This document shows, one piece after another, positions 27,894 through 36,808 of a stretch of 64,000 nt of DNA (position 1 is the first letter of the stretch; each line of letters begins with the position of its first letter). Under the pieces are notes generated by a model. That model was not told where the DNA came from and made no database searches. It saw nothing but the letters and a program-made list of their open reading frames with translations. The DNA is taken from NCBI GenBank assembly GCA_005809105.1, contig SYLI01000021.1, positions 245-64,244 on the forward strand, in the 5' to 3' direction. This DNA comes from Verrucomicrobiales bacterium. GTDB taxonomy: Bacteria > Verrucomicrobiota > Verrucomicrobiia > Limisphaerales > UBA1100. The translations under genes and the position numbers were made by a program.

Positions 27894-28700
27894 ATGGAGA
27901 CTTTTTACGATACGCACGCGCATCTAACCTCGCCGGACTTTGCCAACGATCTTCCTCAGGTGCTGGAACGCGCTGAGGCGTCCGGCGTCCGCCGTGTGGT
28001 GGTCATCGGCACCGACCTTGAGAGCAGCCGCCATGCGATCGAGTTAAGCGAAGCCCATGAGTCGTTGTATGCCGTCGTGGGATGGCATCCCAATGATCTG
28101 GGCGAAGCCCCCGACGATGTGCGCGCCTCACTGCGGCCGCTTTGTGATCATAGGAAGGTCGTCGCTCTGGGGGAAACCGGACTGGACCACCATCGCATGC
28201 CCAGCACGCGCGGCGGTAGCGCGGCCGACGATGCCTGTTTGAAGGATCGGCAGGAGCGCGTCTTTCGCCAGCACCTGGAACTGGCGTGCGAAATGGGCCT
28301 CAACTGCGTGATTCACCAGCGCGACGCGTTGCGGCCGACGCTGGACATACTCGCCGAGTATCAGGGCCGCGTGCGTGGCCAGCTTCACTGCTTCGTGGAC
28401 GGACCTGAAGACATGCAGCGCGTGCTCTCCTTGGGTTCGCTCGTGAGTTTCACGGGGGTGGCGACCTTCAAGAACGCCGCGCTCGTGAGGGAGACGGCGG
28501 CCGCCGTGCCGCTGGGGAGTTTCATGCTGGAAACCGACTGCCCCTATCTGGCGCCCGCGCCCCACCGGGGCAAACGCTGCGAGCCCGCGCACGTGCGTCT
28601 TATCGCCGAGGCGCTCGCACAAGCCCGCCAATGCACGGTGAGCGAACTCTCGCAGGGCACCTGCGCCGCTGCTCATGGATTTTTTCGTGGATGGTCCTGA
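27894..28700 (+). CDS. tatD: TatD-family metal-dependent hydrolase/DNase
   Basis: Start trimmed to METFYDTHAHL (HxH motif). ...GETGLDHH..., ...NCVIHQRDA..., ...ETDCPYLAP. Confidence 0.9.
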   Translation: METFYDTHAHLTSPDFANDLPQVLERAEASGVRRVVVIGTDLESSRHAIELSEAHESLYAVVGWHPNDLGEAPDDVRASLRPLCDHRKVVALGETGLDHHRMPSTRGGSAADDACLKDRQERVFRQHLELACEMGLNCVIHQRDALRPTLDILAEYQGRVRGQLHCFVDGPEDMQRVLSLGSLVSFTGVATFKNAALVRETAAAVPLGSFMLETDCPYLAPAPHRGKRCEPAHVRLIAEALAQARQCTVSELSQGTCAAAHGFFRGWS

Positions 28701-28990
28701 AGCGCCATCAGTGCCGATGCCACCGCCTTAGGCGTCATGCCGACAATCAGAACCACTTTGCGGCGGGCCGTATGGCCGCGTGCGATCACCACCGCGTGGC
28801 GCGGACAATCCAGCCACTCCGTCAAGCATCGCACCAAGGCGAGGTTGGCTGCATGCTCCACAGGCGGTGCTGTAACTTTGATCTTCAGAGCATCGCCGCG
28901 AACCATGGCCACGGTGTTGCGCGAGGCGCGCGGCTGCAGCCACACCGTGATCGAGGCGCCGAGAGGATGACCTGTCACCCAGCTCTCCAT
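28673..28990 (-). CDS. DUF167 (YggU) family protein
   Basis: ITVWLQPRASRNTV...LKIKVTAPPVEHAANLALVRCL...; 105 aa; lies directly downstream of a YggT-like gene, as in many bacteria. Confidence 0.75.
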   Translation of the reverse strand: MESWVTGHPLGASITVWLQPRASRNTVAMVRGDALKIKVTAPPVEHAANLALVRCLTEWLDCPRHAVVIARGHTARRKVVLIVGMTPKAVASALMALQDHPRKNP

Positions 28991-28994
28991 GACA

Positions 28995-29861
28995 TCAGCG
29001 CCAGACCAAGTGGAAGATTCGGTTCATCCGTTCCGGAGTCAGCAGCAGCGTGAGTCCGTAGGCCAGAAGGAGGCCTGCCGCAGGCGCAAAGTCGATGCGG
29101 TTCCAGCGCAGCGGCAGCCAGCGTAGCGGCCTCAGAAGCTGGGTTCCCGCCACCTCGATGTTCTTCCAGAACGCGAATCCGCCGAAATAAATGTAGGTCG
29201 AGAGCAGATGCAGCCCCAGCACGGCCATGGCCAGCCACGCAACCGGACGAAGACCCGTAAGCGCGGTCGCGCAACCGATGCGGACCAGCTTGGCATCGGA
29301 AGTTGGCGCGGGCAGCACGTCGAGCCGACGGAACCACCACGCCAGCCCCCACTGCGCCGCAACGGCCAGTGCGAGTATCAGCAGGGCCAGCAGCCAAACG
29401 GGAAGCCGATGAAGCCAGCCAAACTGTGCGGCCAGCCTCTGGTTCCAGAGGCGGGCTTCGGAGGTCGCGGGTTGGATTGCTAAAACCAACACCAGGCAGA
29501 ATCCGAAGGGCACGAGCCATTGCACGAAGCTGGCGATGGAGAATGCCAGCTGCAATTCCAAGCTTGCCCACGGAAACACGAGTGAGAGGCGGGCCTCGTC
29601 ACCGGGATGAAACTGCGCCAGCGACAGGCGCGCCTCCCAGCCGGTGTGCGGGATGGCCTGCTGGTAAAACACGGCGCGCAGAATCAACAGCACCGCGAGC
29701 AATCCCAGCAGGAACGCCCAGCGCCCCATGCGCCAGCCCAGATGACTCTGGCGCGAGGTGGAGCGCCGCGCTGTGCCCGAGGATCCTTGGGAAGTCTGTG
29801 CGCGCCACATGGCCCAAAGCAGCAGCGCGGCGAGATTGAGAGTCCAGTGTAAAAAGCCCAT
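28995..29861 (-). CDS. Polytopic membrane protein with C-terminal YggT-like domain
   Basis: Start trimmed to the ATG at 29861 (MGFLHWTLNLAALLLW), because the longer ORF overlaps sucD. Multiple TM helices. C-terminal LLRPLRWLPLRWNRIDFAPAAGLLL resembles the YggT signature. Confidence 0.5.
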   Translation of the reverse strand: MGFLHWTLNLAALLLWAMWRAQTSQGSSGTARRSTSRQSHLGWRMGRWAFLLGLLAVLLILRAVFYQQAIPHTGWEARLSLAQFHPGDEARLSLVFPWASLELQLAFSIASFVQWLVPFGFCLVLVLAIQPATSEARLWNQRLAAQFGWLHRLPVWLLALLILALAVAAQWGLAWWFRRLDVLPAPTSDAKLVRIGCATALTGLRPVAWLAMAVLGLHLLSTYIYFGGFAFWKNIEVAGTQLLRPLRWLPLRWNRIDFAPAAGLLLAYGLTLLLTPERMNRIFHLVWR

Positions 29862-29880
29862 GGCCCCGATGCCACAGGGG

Positions 29881-30780
29881 CTACAGCATTTTGAGGAGGG
29901 TGTCAGCCATTTCTGAAGGGGTGGCGGCGACACCAATGCCCGCCTCGCGAAATGCGGCCATCTTGGCTTCCGCCGTCCCTTTGCCCCCGCTGACAATGGC
30001 GCCGGCGTGTCCCATGCGGCGTCCGGGCGGGGCGGTCGCCCCTGCGATGAATCCCGCGACAGGCTTGGTGCCGTGCCGTGCAATCCATGCGGCGGCCTCC
30101 TCCTCGGCACTGCCGCCGATCTCGCCAATCATGATGATCGCCTTCGTTTCGGGATCGGCCATGAAGAGCTTGATGACATCCAGATGCGACGTGCCGTTGA
30201 CCGGGTCGCCGCCGATGCCCACGCAGGTGCTCTGACCCACCCCGCGTGTGGTGAGCTGCCACACCGCCTCGTAGGTGAGTGTGCCGCTTCGCGAGACCAC
30301 GCCGATGCCCCCGCGTTTGTGGATGTACCCCGGTGCGATCCCGATCCGGCACCCGCCGTGGGAATCCTTTCCCTCGCCGGGCGTGACGATGCCCGGACAA
30401 TTGGGCCCGATGAGCCGGGTCTTTTTGCCTTCCATCGCGCGCCTGACCCTCACCATGTCGTTGACCGGGATGCCCTCGGTGATGGCCACCACCAGTTCCA
30501 GTCCGGCGCCGACACCTTCCAGAATAGCATCGGCCGCGAAGGCCGGGGGCACGAACACGGCGCTCACGCTCGCGCCGGTCTCTTGCGCGGCCTGCGCCAC
30601 GGTGTCAAACACCGGCACGCGACGTCCGGCGTGCTCGAAAATCTGTCCGCCCGTGCCGGGCGTGACGCCCGCGACGATCTGCGTGCCGTAGTCCAGCGAG
30701 AGTTGCGCGTGCCGGCCGCCGAAGCTGCCAGTGATGCCCTGAACGAGCACCTTCGAATCGGGTTGAACTAGGATGGACAT
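29881..30780 (-). CDS. sucD: Succinate--CoA ligase (ADP-forming) alpha subunit
   Basis: [18 protein letters not shown]...; phosphohistidine-loop motif GHAGAIV; 299 aa. Confidence 0.95.
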   Translation of the reverse strand: MSILVQPDSKVLVQGITGSFGGRHAQLSLDYGTQIVAGVTPGTGGQIFEHAGRRVPVFDTVAQAAQETGASVSAVFVPPAFAADAILEGVGAGLELVVAITEGIPVNDMVRVRRAMEGKKTRLIGPNCPGIVTPGEGKDSHGGCRIGIAPGYIHKRGGIGVVSRSGTLTYEAVWQLTTRGVGQSTCVGIGGDPVNGTSHLDVIKLFMADPETKAIIMIGEIGGSAEEEAAAWIARHGTKPVAGFIAGATAPPGRRMGHAGAIVSGGKGTAEAKMAAFREAGIGVAATPSEMADTLLKML

Positions 30781-30789
30781 GGGAATCGG

Positions 30790-31992
30790 TCAGGTGAGAG
30801 CGGCTCGCACGGCTTTCTGCGCCGCGTCGGCCATGCTATCGCCGGCGATGATGGACACGCCGCTTTCCGCCAAAGTCTGTCGGCCCGCGGTGACATTGTT
30901 GCCCTCCAGTCGCACCACGAGCGGCAGCTTGAGCCCCGTCTCCTTCACCGCAGCCACGATGCCGGTGGCGATGACATTGCAATCCATGATGCCGCCAAAG
31001 ATGTTGACGAAGATCGCCTTCACATGGGGGTCGGAGAGGATGATCTTGAACGCTGCGGAGACCTGCTCCTTGCTCGCGCCGCCGCCCACGTCGAGGAAGT
31101 TTGCCGGACTGCCGCCGTAGTGCTGAATAATGTCCATCGTGGCCATGGCCAGCCCGGCGCCGTTGACGAGACACGCGATCGATCCGTCGAGCTTGATGTA
31201 GTTGAGATTGAAGCGGCTCGCCTCGATTTCCAGCGGCGACTCCTCGTTAAGGTCGCGCATCGCCAAGAGATCGGCGTGCCGGAAAAGCGCATTATCATCC
31301 AGACTGATCTTGGCGTCCACCGCCATCACGGCCTCGCCGTCGCCGGACTGCACCACGCACAGCGGATTGATCTCCACCAGCGTGCAGTCGCATTCCCACC
31401 ACGTGCGGTACACGGCTGCGATGAGCTTGCAGGCTTGGCTGAAAAGCTCGCCCTTAAATCCCAGTGCCGAGGCGACGTTGCGCGCATTGTACGGCTGAAG
31501 CCCCACTGCCGGGTCGATGTGCTCCCTGATGATTTTCTCCGGAGTGCGGGAGGCGACCTCCTCGATGTCCATCCCGCCTTCGGTGCTAGCCATGATGAGT
31601 GGCCGCCCGCACGCGCGGTCCAGCAGTACGGCCAGATAATACTCCTTGCGAATGGTCTCGGCCGCGGCCACCAAAAGTGTGTTCACACGGCGTCCCTCCG
31701 CGCCAGTCTGCTTGGTGACAAGCACGTTGCCCAACATCGAGCCGGCCAGTGTGCATACCTCGTCGGCGGACTTCGCCAACCGGACGCCTCCCTTGAATCC
31801 GTCCTTAAACACACCCTTGCCGCGGCCACCGGCGTGGATCTGCGCCTTGACCACGGCCAGTCCATGGCCCGTGCCGAAGATGGCCTGCGCCGCGTCTGCA
31901 ACCTCGGCCGAGGAAGTGCAGGGTTGTCCCGCAGGGACAGCCACGCCGTGGCGTTTGAGGAGTTGCTTGGCTTGAAATTCGTGGAGGTTCAT
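30790..31992 (-). CDS. sucC: Succinate--CoA ligase (ADP-forming) beta subunit
   Basis: [12 protein letters not shown]...[14 protein letters not shown]...; 400 aa; 9 nt upstream of sucD. Confidence 0.95.
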   Translation of the reverse strand: MNLHEFQAKQLLKRHGVAVPAGQPCTSSAEVADAAQAIFGTGHGLAVVKAQIHAGGRGKGVFKDGFKGGVRLAKSADEVCTLAGSMLGNVLVTKQTGAEGRRVNTLLVAAAETIRKEYYLAVLLDRACGRPLIMASTEGGMDIEEVASRTPEKIIREHIDPAVGLQPYNARNVASALGFKGELFSQACKLIAAVYRTWWECDCTLVEINPLCVVQSGDGEAVMAVDAKISLDDNALFRHADLLAMRDLNEESPLEIEASRFNLNYIKLDGSIACLVNGAGLAMATMDIIQHYGGSPANFLDVGGGASKEQVSAAFKIILSDPHVKAIFVNIFGGIMDCNVIATGIVAAVKETGLKLPLVVRLEGNNVTAGRQTLAESGVSIIAGDSMADAAQKAVRAALT

Positions 31993-32046
31993 GAGGGGAC
32001 GATTTGCACCAGCCGGAGGCGGTACCCATTCAATAAGGCTGCGTGC

Positions 32047-33183
32047 TCACCGCTGATCCAGCGGCGTCACCTTGAGGTCCGTGGGCCCCGTGTAGATGGA
32101 CTGCGGCCGGATGAGCCGGTTGTCGGCGAGCTGCTCAAGCACGTGCGCCGTCCAGCCGCTCGTGCGTGAGATGGCAAAAATGGGGGTGAACAAATCGGTG
32201 GGGATGCCCAGCGAATAATACACGGTGGCGGAGTAGAAATCGACGTTGGCGTGCAGCGATTTCTTTTCGAGCATCAGGGCGGCAATGCGCTCGCTCATCT
32301 GGATCCACTTGGGTTCGCCCAGCTTGGCGGAGAGCACCTGCGCCATGCGTTTTAGGTGCGGCGCGCGGGGATCGAGCACCTTGTACACGCGGTGACCAAT
32401 GCCCATGATTTTCTTTTTCTGCGCCAGACAGTCGGCGACGTAGGCATCCACCCTGTCCAACGAGCCCACCTCCTGCAGCATCTTGATGACGCCTTCGTTG
32501 GCGCCGCCGTGCAGCGGGCCCTTGAGCGTGCCGATAGCCGAGGTGATGGCCGAATACATGTCCGACAGGGTGGCGATCGTGACGCGCGCGCTGAACGTGG
32601 ACGCGTTCATGCCGTGGTCGGCGTGCAGCACGTAGCAGACATCCATGGTGTCCACCATCTCGCGCGAGGGCTTCTCCCCGTTGATCATCCACAGGAAGTT
32701 GGCAGCCTCACCCAGCTGGGGATCCTGAGGCACGAGGGGCTTGCCCTGGCGCAGCCGGTGAAAATGCGCCGTGCACACGGGGATCTGCGCAATGAGCTTG
32801 ATTGCCTTGCGCCGCTGCGCGTCCATCGAGTCCTGATCTCGCGAGGTGTCAAAACAGCCCAGCGCCGACACCACCGTGCGCAGCGCATGCATGGGCGGCG
32901 TGTCCTTGGGCAGCGTGTGCAGGATGTCTAGAACGCCCTTCGGCAGATCGCGCGACTCCACCAGCTGCTGCCGCAGGTCGGCGAGCTCGCGTCGGTTGGG
33001 CAAGTGGTCGCGGTGCAGCAGGTGCACCACCTCCTCGAAGGTGACCTTGCCCGCCAGCTCGTTGATATTGTAGCCGCAGTAGATGAGCTCGCCCACATCC
33101 CCGCGGACATCGCTCAGCGTGGTGCGGGCGGCCACCACGCCCTCGAGTCCTTTGGCGGCGGCATCAGGGGCGGGAGTGCTCAT
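32047..33183 (-). CDS. gltA: Citrate synthase (short, ~378-aa type)
   Basis: ...LHADHGMNASTF..., ...GIGHRVYK..DPRA... catalytic motifs; upstream of sucCD on the same strand. Confidence 0.9.
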   Translation of the reverse strand: MSTPAPDAAAKGLEGVVAARTTLSDVRGDVGELIYCGYNINELAGKVTFEEVVHLLHRDHLPNRRELADLRQQLVESRDLPKGVLDILHTLPKDTPPMHALRTVVSALGCFDTSRDQDSMDAQRRKAIKLIAQIPVCTAHFHRLRQGKPLVPQDPQLGEAANFLWMINGEKPSREMVDTMDVCYVLHADHGMNASTFSARVTIATLSDMYSAITSAIGTLKGPLHGGANEGVIKMLQEVGSLDRVDAYVADCLAQKKKIMGIGHRVYKVLDPRAPHLKRMAQVLSAKLGEPKWIQMSERIAALMLEKKSLHANVDFYSATVYYSLGIPTDLFTPIFAISRTSGWTAHVLEQLADNRLIRPQSIYTGPTDLKVTPLDQR

Positions 33184-33341
33184 GGTGCAGGGTTTTTTTA
33201 TCGCAAAAATGAGCGGCCAATCTAGGAGTCGGGTGCGGGGGCGTCAAGTGTTCGCGCCCCAAGAAATGCACTGCGCCGCATTTGGCTTGAACGTCATGTG
33301 GGGCAGGGACAGAGTCCGCGCGCGGCCCGCGCACCCCTCAA

Positions 33342-34151
33342 GTGAATTCCGCTAGGCAACCCATCGGCGTCTTTGATTCGGGCATTGGCGGGCTCACCGT
33401 CGTCCGGCAGCTCCGGCGGCTGTTGCCGCGGGAGGATCTGGTGTATCTGGGCGACACCGCGCGCGTGCCCTACGGAAGCAAGTCGCCTGAGACCGTGATC
33501 CGCTACGCCTGCGAGGACACGCGGTTTCTAATGCGGCGCGGAGTCAAGGCCGTCGTCGTGGCCTGCAACACGGCTTCGGCGTGGGCGCTGGAGACGCTCA
33601 CCCAGCGTTTCGACGTCCCCGTTTTCGGAGTCATCCTGCCCGGCGCGCGCGCCGCGCTCAAGGCCACGCGCCAAGGTCGCATCGGCATCCTCGGCACCCA
33701 CGCCACCATTCGCAGCATGGCCTATCACAAGGCCATTCTTGCGCGCGATGACACCCTGCATCTCTACGCCCGCGCCTGCCCGCTCTTGGTGCCGCTGGTC
33801 GAGGAGGGCTGGGTGGACCACGCCGTGACGCGCGCGGTGTTGCGCGACTACCTGCGGCCGCTGCTGCGCCGGCGCATCGACACGCTGGTGCTGGGATGCA
33901 CGCACTACCCGCTGCTCAAGGACGCCATCGCGCGCGTTGCTGGCCGCGGCGTGCGCCTCGTGGATTCGGCCGAAGCCTGTGGCGCCTTCGTGCGCGAGCG
34001 GCTGGCGCACCTGCGGCTGCTGGAGACACGCCGGCGTCGCGCGGGGGTCATCCACGCCTTTGTCACCGACGAAGTCGAGCGATTTGAAATGGTGGCGGCG
34101 CGGTATCTGGGCGAGCCCCCGGGCCCCGTGCAGCGCGTCCCCTTGGACTAG
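33342..34151 (+). CDS. murI: Glutamate racemase
   Basis: IGVFDSGIGGLTV; ACNTASA and GCTHYPLL catalytic-Cys motifs; GTG start. Confidence 0.9.
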   Translation: MNSARQPIGVFDSGIGGLTVVRQLRRLLPREDLVYLGDTARVPYGSKSPETVIRYACEDTRFLMRRGVKAVVVACNTASAWALETLTQRFDVPVFGVILPGARAALKATRQGRIGILGTHATIRSMAYHKAILARDDTLHLYARACPLLVPLVEEGWVDHAVTRAVLRDYLRPLLRRRIDTLVLGCTHYPLLKDAIARVAGRGVRLVDSAEACGAFVRERLAHLRLLETRRRRAGVIHAFVTDEVERFEMVAARYLGEPPGPVQRVPLD

Positions 34152-34861
34152 GCACGGTCGACGCGTCGGATGGCGCGGAACACGAGAAAGAGCTCATCGC
34201 CAACGCGTCGCATGGAGCGCAGCCGGAAGGCGGCGGCCGATGCGAGAGTCAACGCGCCGCTCCCGTCGGCAATGGTGGGCGCGCGCGCGCCGCCGAACAC
34301 GAGCGGACTGATGGTGAGGTGCAGCTCGTCAACCAGCCCCGCAGAAATGAGCGCGCTGTTGAGTTCACCGCCACCCTCACACAGCAGGCGGCGCACACGC
34401 CACTTGCGGCTCAACCAAGAGAGCGCCTTCTCCCAATCAATGCGTTCGCGACCGCACACCACCATGGCGTCCGCCAACGAACGAAGCCGGCGCAATCGGG
34501 CGGCATCGGCGCGAGAGGTGGTGATGACTAGGACGGGCGAGAACTGGCGCTTGAACAGGGCCGCATCGGGCGAAAGCGTGCCCGCGCCGGAGGCCACGAC
34601 GCGCAGATTGTATTCCGCAAGCCCGCGCCGCACGCGCATCCGGCGATAGCGCACGGGGCCGGGCCCCAAATCAATGGGCTGCGAATCGGCCGTGCGCGCA
34701 CCGCACAGCACGGCGTCGGCCGTGGCGCGCAGGGAGAGCAGGTGCGCATGATCGCGCGCGCTGCCAAAGGTGGCCACCGCTCGGTTGGCTGTGGCGATCT
34801 TGCCATCGGCCGTCATCGCCATGTTGATCAGAACGAAGGGACGGGGCGCGCGGCGTTTCAT
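34148..34861 (-). CDS. RibD C-terminal-domain / dihydrofolate-reductase-like pyrimidine reductase
   Basis: Start trimmed to the ATG at 34861 (MKRRAPRPFVLINMAMTADGKIA), which makes an ATGA overlap with the queA stop. ...CEGGGELN... motif. Confidence 0.7.
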   Translation of the reverse strand: MKRRAPRPFVLINMAMTADGKIATANRAVATFGSARDHAHLLSLRATADAVLCGARTADSQPIDLGPGPVRYRRMRVRRGLAEYNLRVVASGAGTLSPDAALFKRQFSPVLVITTSRADAARLRRLRSLADAMVVCGRERIDWEKALSWLSRKWRVRRLLCEGGGELNSALISAGLVDELHLTISPLVFGGARAPTIADGSGALTLASAAAFRLRSMRRVGDELFLVFRAIRRVDRA

Positions 34862-35967
34862 TGGATCAACATGGCGTCGCCGTAGCTGAAGAACCGGTAC
34901 TCTCGCTGCACCGCTTGGTTGTAGCAATCCAACAGCCGCGCGCGTCCGGCCGTGCCGCCGGGCTCTGTGAAGGCGCAGGCGAGCATCAGCAGCGTGGACT
35001 GGGGAAGGTGAAAATTGGTGATCAAGGCATCAACGGCGCGAAACTCGAACGGGGGATGGATGAAGATCTCGGTTTCGCCGCTTCCGGCGACGAGTCGCCC
35101 ACCATGCTGGTGCGCCACGGTTTCTAGCACGCGCAGCGTGGTAGTGCCCACGGCAACGATGCGGCGGCCAGCCTGCCGGGTGCGTTGAATCGCGTCGGCC
35201 GCGCGCGCAGAGAGATCGAACGATTCCCGATGCATACGATGCGCCGCCAATGTGGGGGCCGTCATCGGCGCGAAGGTTCCGTGCCCGACGTGCAGCGTTA
35301 CGAAGCAATGATCCACGCCACGGCTTGTCAGCGCTTTCAAGAGGGAGGATGTAAAATGCAGGCCGGCGGTGGGTGCGGCGCAGGAGCCCGGGTGCTGCGC
35401 GAACACCGTTTGATAGCGGCCCCGGTCGGCGCGCTGGGGAAAGTGGGAATCGCGGCGAATATATGGTGGCAAGGGTACTTCACCCAGCCGGTGCAGGTGC
35501 CCTCGCAGGCTGCCATCACATTGGAATTGGAAAAGGCAGCGGCCGTCGGGCTCTTTCTGGAGCAGGAGGGCGCGGACACGAGTGCGCCGGCCAGTCGTGC
35601 CCAGCATGTCCAGAGCATCACCGGGGCGCATGCGCTTGGCAGGACGCAATAGCGTCCACCAAATGTTTTCGGACTGCTCGCGCAGCAGAAAGACCTCAGC
35701 CTTCCCGCCGGAGGCTGTTTTTACACCTCGCAGGCGCGCAGGGATGACCCGCGTGTCATTGAGCACCAGCAAGTCTCCCGGGCGCAGATGGTGGGGCAGG
35801 GTGTGGAAGCGTTCATGGCTGACTCGTCCGCTGGCGCGATCCAGAACGAGTAGCCGGGATTGATCGCGCCGGTGTGCGGGGCGCTGGGCGATGAGCGCCG
35901 GGGGCAGGGCGTAGTCGAAATCTGCCGCCGTCAGTTCAAAGCCAAGCCTTTGTGGTGGAGCAGCCAT
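34858..35967 (-). CDS. queA: S-adenosylmethionine:tRNA ribosyltransferase-isomerase
   Basis: FDYALPPALIAQRPA..RDQSRLLV...; LPPYI; TVGTTTLRVLE; 369 aa. Confidence 0.95.
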   Translation of the reverse strand: MAAPPQRLGFELTAADFDYALPPALIAQRPAHRRDQSRLLVLDRASGRVSHERFHTLPHHLRPGDLLVLNDTRVIPARLRGVKTASGGKAEVFLLREQSENIWWTLLRPAKRMRPGDALDMLGTTGRRTRVRALLLQKEPDGRCLFQFQCDGSLRGHLHRLGEVPLPPYIRRDSHFPQRADRGRYQTVFAQHPGSCAAPTAGLHFTSSLLKALTSRGVDHCFVTLHVGHGTFAPMTAPTLAAHRMHRESFDLSARAADAIQRTRQAGRRIVAVGTTTLRVLETVAHQHGGRLVAGSGETEIFIHPPFEFRAVDALITNFHLPQSTLLMLACAFTEPGGTAGRARLLDCYNQAVQREYRFFSYGDAMLIQ

Positions 35968-36072
35968 TGCCTCACTGCGATTTAGACATTCCCGGCGACA
36001 TCACGCCAGAGGTCTTATTCAAATCATTGATTACAAATGTGATACAAGAGTTTGTGAATCACCATTACAGCG

Positions 36073-36108
36073 AAAGTGAAATAAAGTGTTGCACTGTGTG
36101 TCGAAGTG
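36073..36108 (+). promoter_or_regulatory. Putative MraZ operator: four direct hexamers at exact 10-bp spacing in an AT-rich region upstream of mraZ
   Basis: AAAGTG (36073-78), AAAGTG (36083-88), ACTGTG (36093-98), GAAGTG (36103-08). The GTG cores sit at 36076/36086/36096/36106. Embedded in the only markedly AT-rich intergenic stretch here (~35990-36125). The last box ends 25 nt before the mraZ ATG. Confidence 0.5.
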
Positions 36109-36132
36109 GGTTAATAGTTCAACCAAGTTGCT

Positions 36133-36597
36133 ATGGCCGTGAAGGGTGCCAATGTGCCTGTTTACTACAATTCGCTCTACCGACATGGGGTGGATGCGAA
36201 GCGTCGTGTACAGATTCCGGCCAAATGGCGGCCTGCCGAGAAGGGTTTTGAATTTACGCTCATCGTCTGGCCCAAATCGGCTCATGGCACCTGCTTGCGA
36301 GTATTGCCGCCCGAACAGATGGCCAAGCTGATGCGCGACATTGACGCGATGAGTAATGACGATCCCAACAAGGTGGTGCTCAAGCGCTTCATCGGCAGCG
36401 AATCGATCCAGGTGGCGCTGGACAGTGCCGGCCGGATTTGCATCCCGGAGGCCATGTCGAAGGCGGCTGGGGTGGAAAATGAAGCCATGCTCGTGGGGTT
36501 GCTGGATCGCTTTGAGGTGTGGTCGCCGGTGAGGTACGAAATGGCATCGAAGGCCGACCGCGGAATGGCCGGCGCCGCCTTCAAGATGATGGAGTAA
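36133..36597 (+). CDS. mraZ: Transcriptional regulator MraZ
   Basis: Two SpoVT/AbrB-like halves with the DxxxR motif (GVDAKRRVQIPAKWR ... ALDSAGRICIPEAM); 154 aa; first gene of the dcw cluster. Confidence 0.9.
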   Translation: MAVKGANVPVYYNSLYRHGVDAKRRVQIPAKWRPAEKGFEFTLIVWPKSAHGTCLRVLPPEQMAKLMRDIDAMSNDDPNKVVLKRFIGSESIQVALDSAGRICIPEAMSKAAGVENEAMLVGLLDRFEVWSPVRYEMASKADRGMAGAAFKMME

Positions 36598-36808
36598 CGC
36601 GGTGCCGTGCGATGTGTGGCCACCATGGAATTTATCAAGACAGAGCCAAGGGGGTGCGCGGTGGCGGGGTCCTTCGGCCCGGCCATTGCGTTCTAGGTAA
36701 TGCCACAGAGGCCGGTTGGTTGATCAGGGTGCCTGCCCTGACAGCCAGCCGGCCTTGGGCAAACTTGCTTTTGGTTGCGCGAGCAGCCGGGGGAGGGGGC
36801 GAATTGTA

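Noticed and set aside
36089-36117. TTGCAC-17 nt-TAATAG as the mraZ promoter
   Set aside because: Each hexamer matches consensus at only 3/6 positions, and the implied leader would be only about 9 nt. It is mentioned under the operator finding but not called as a feature.
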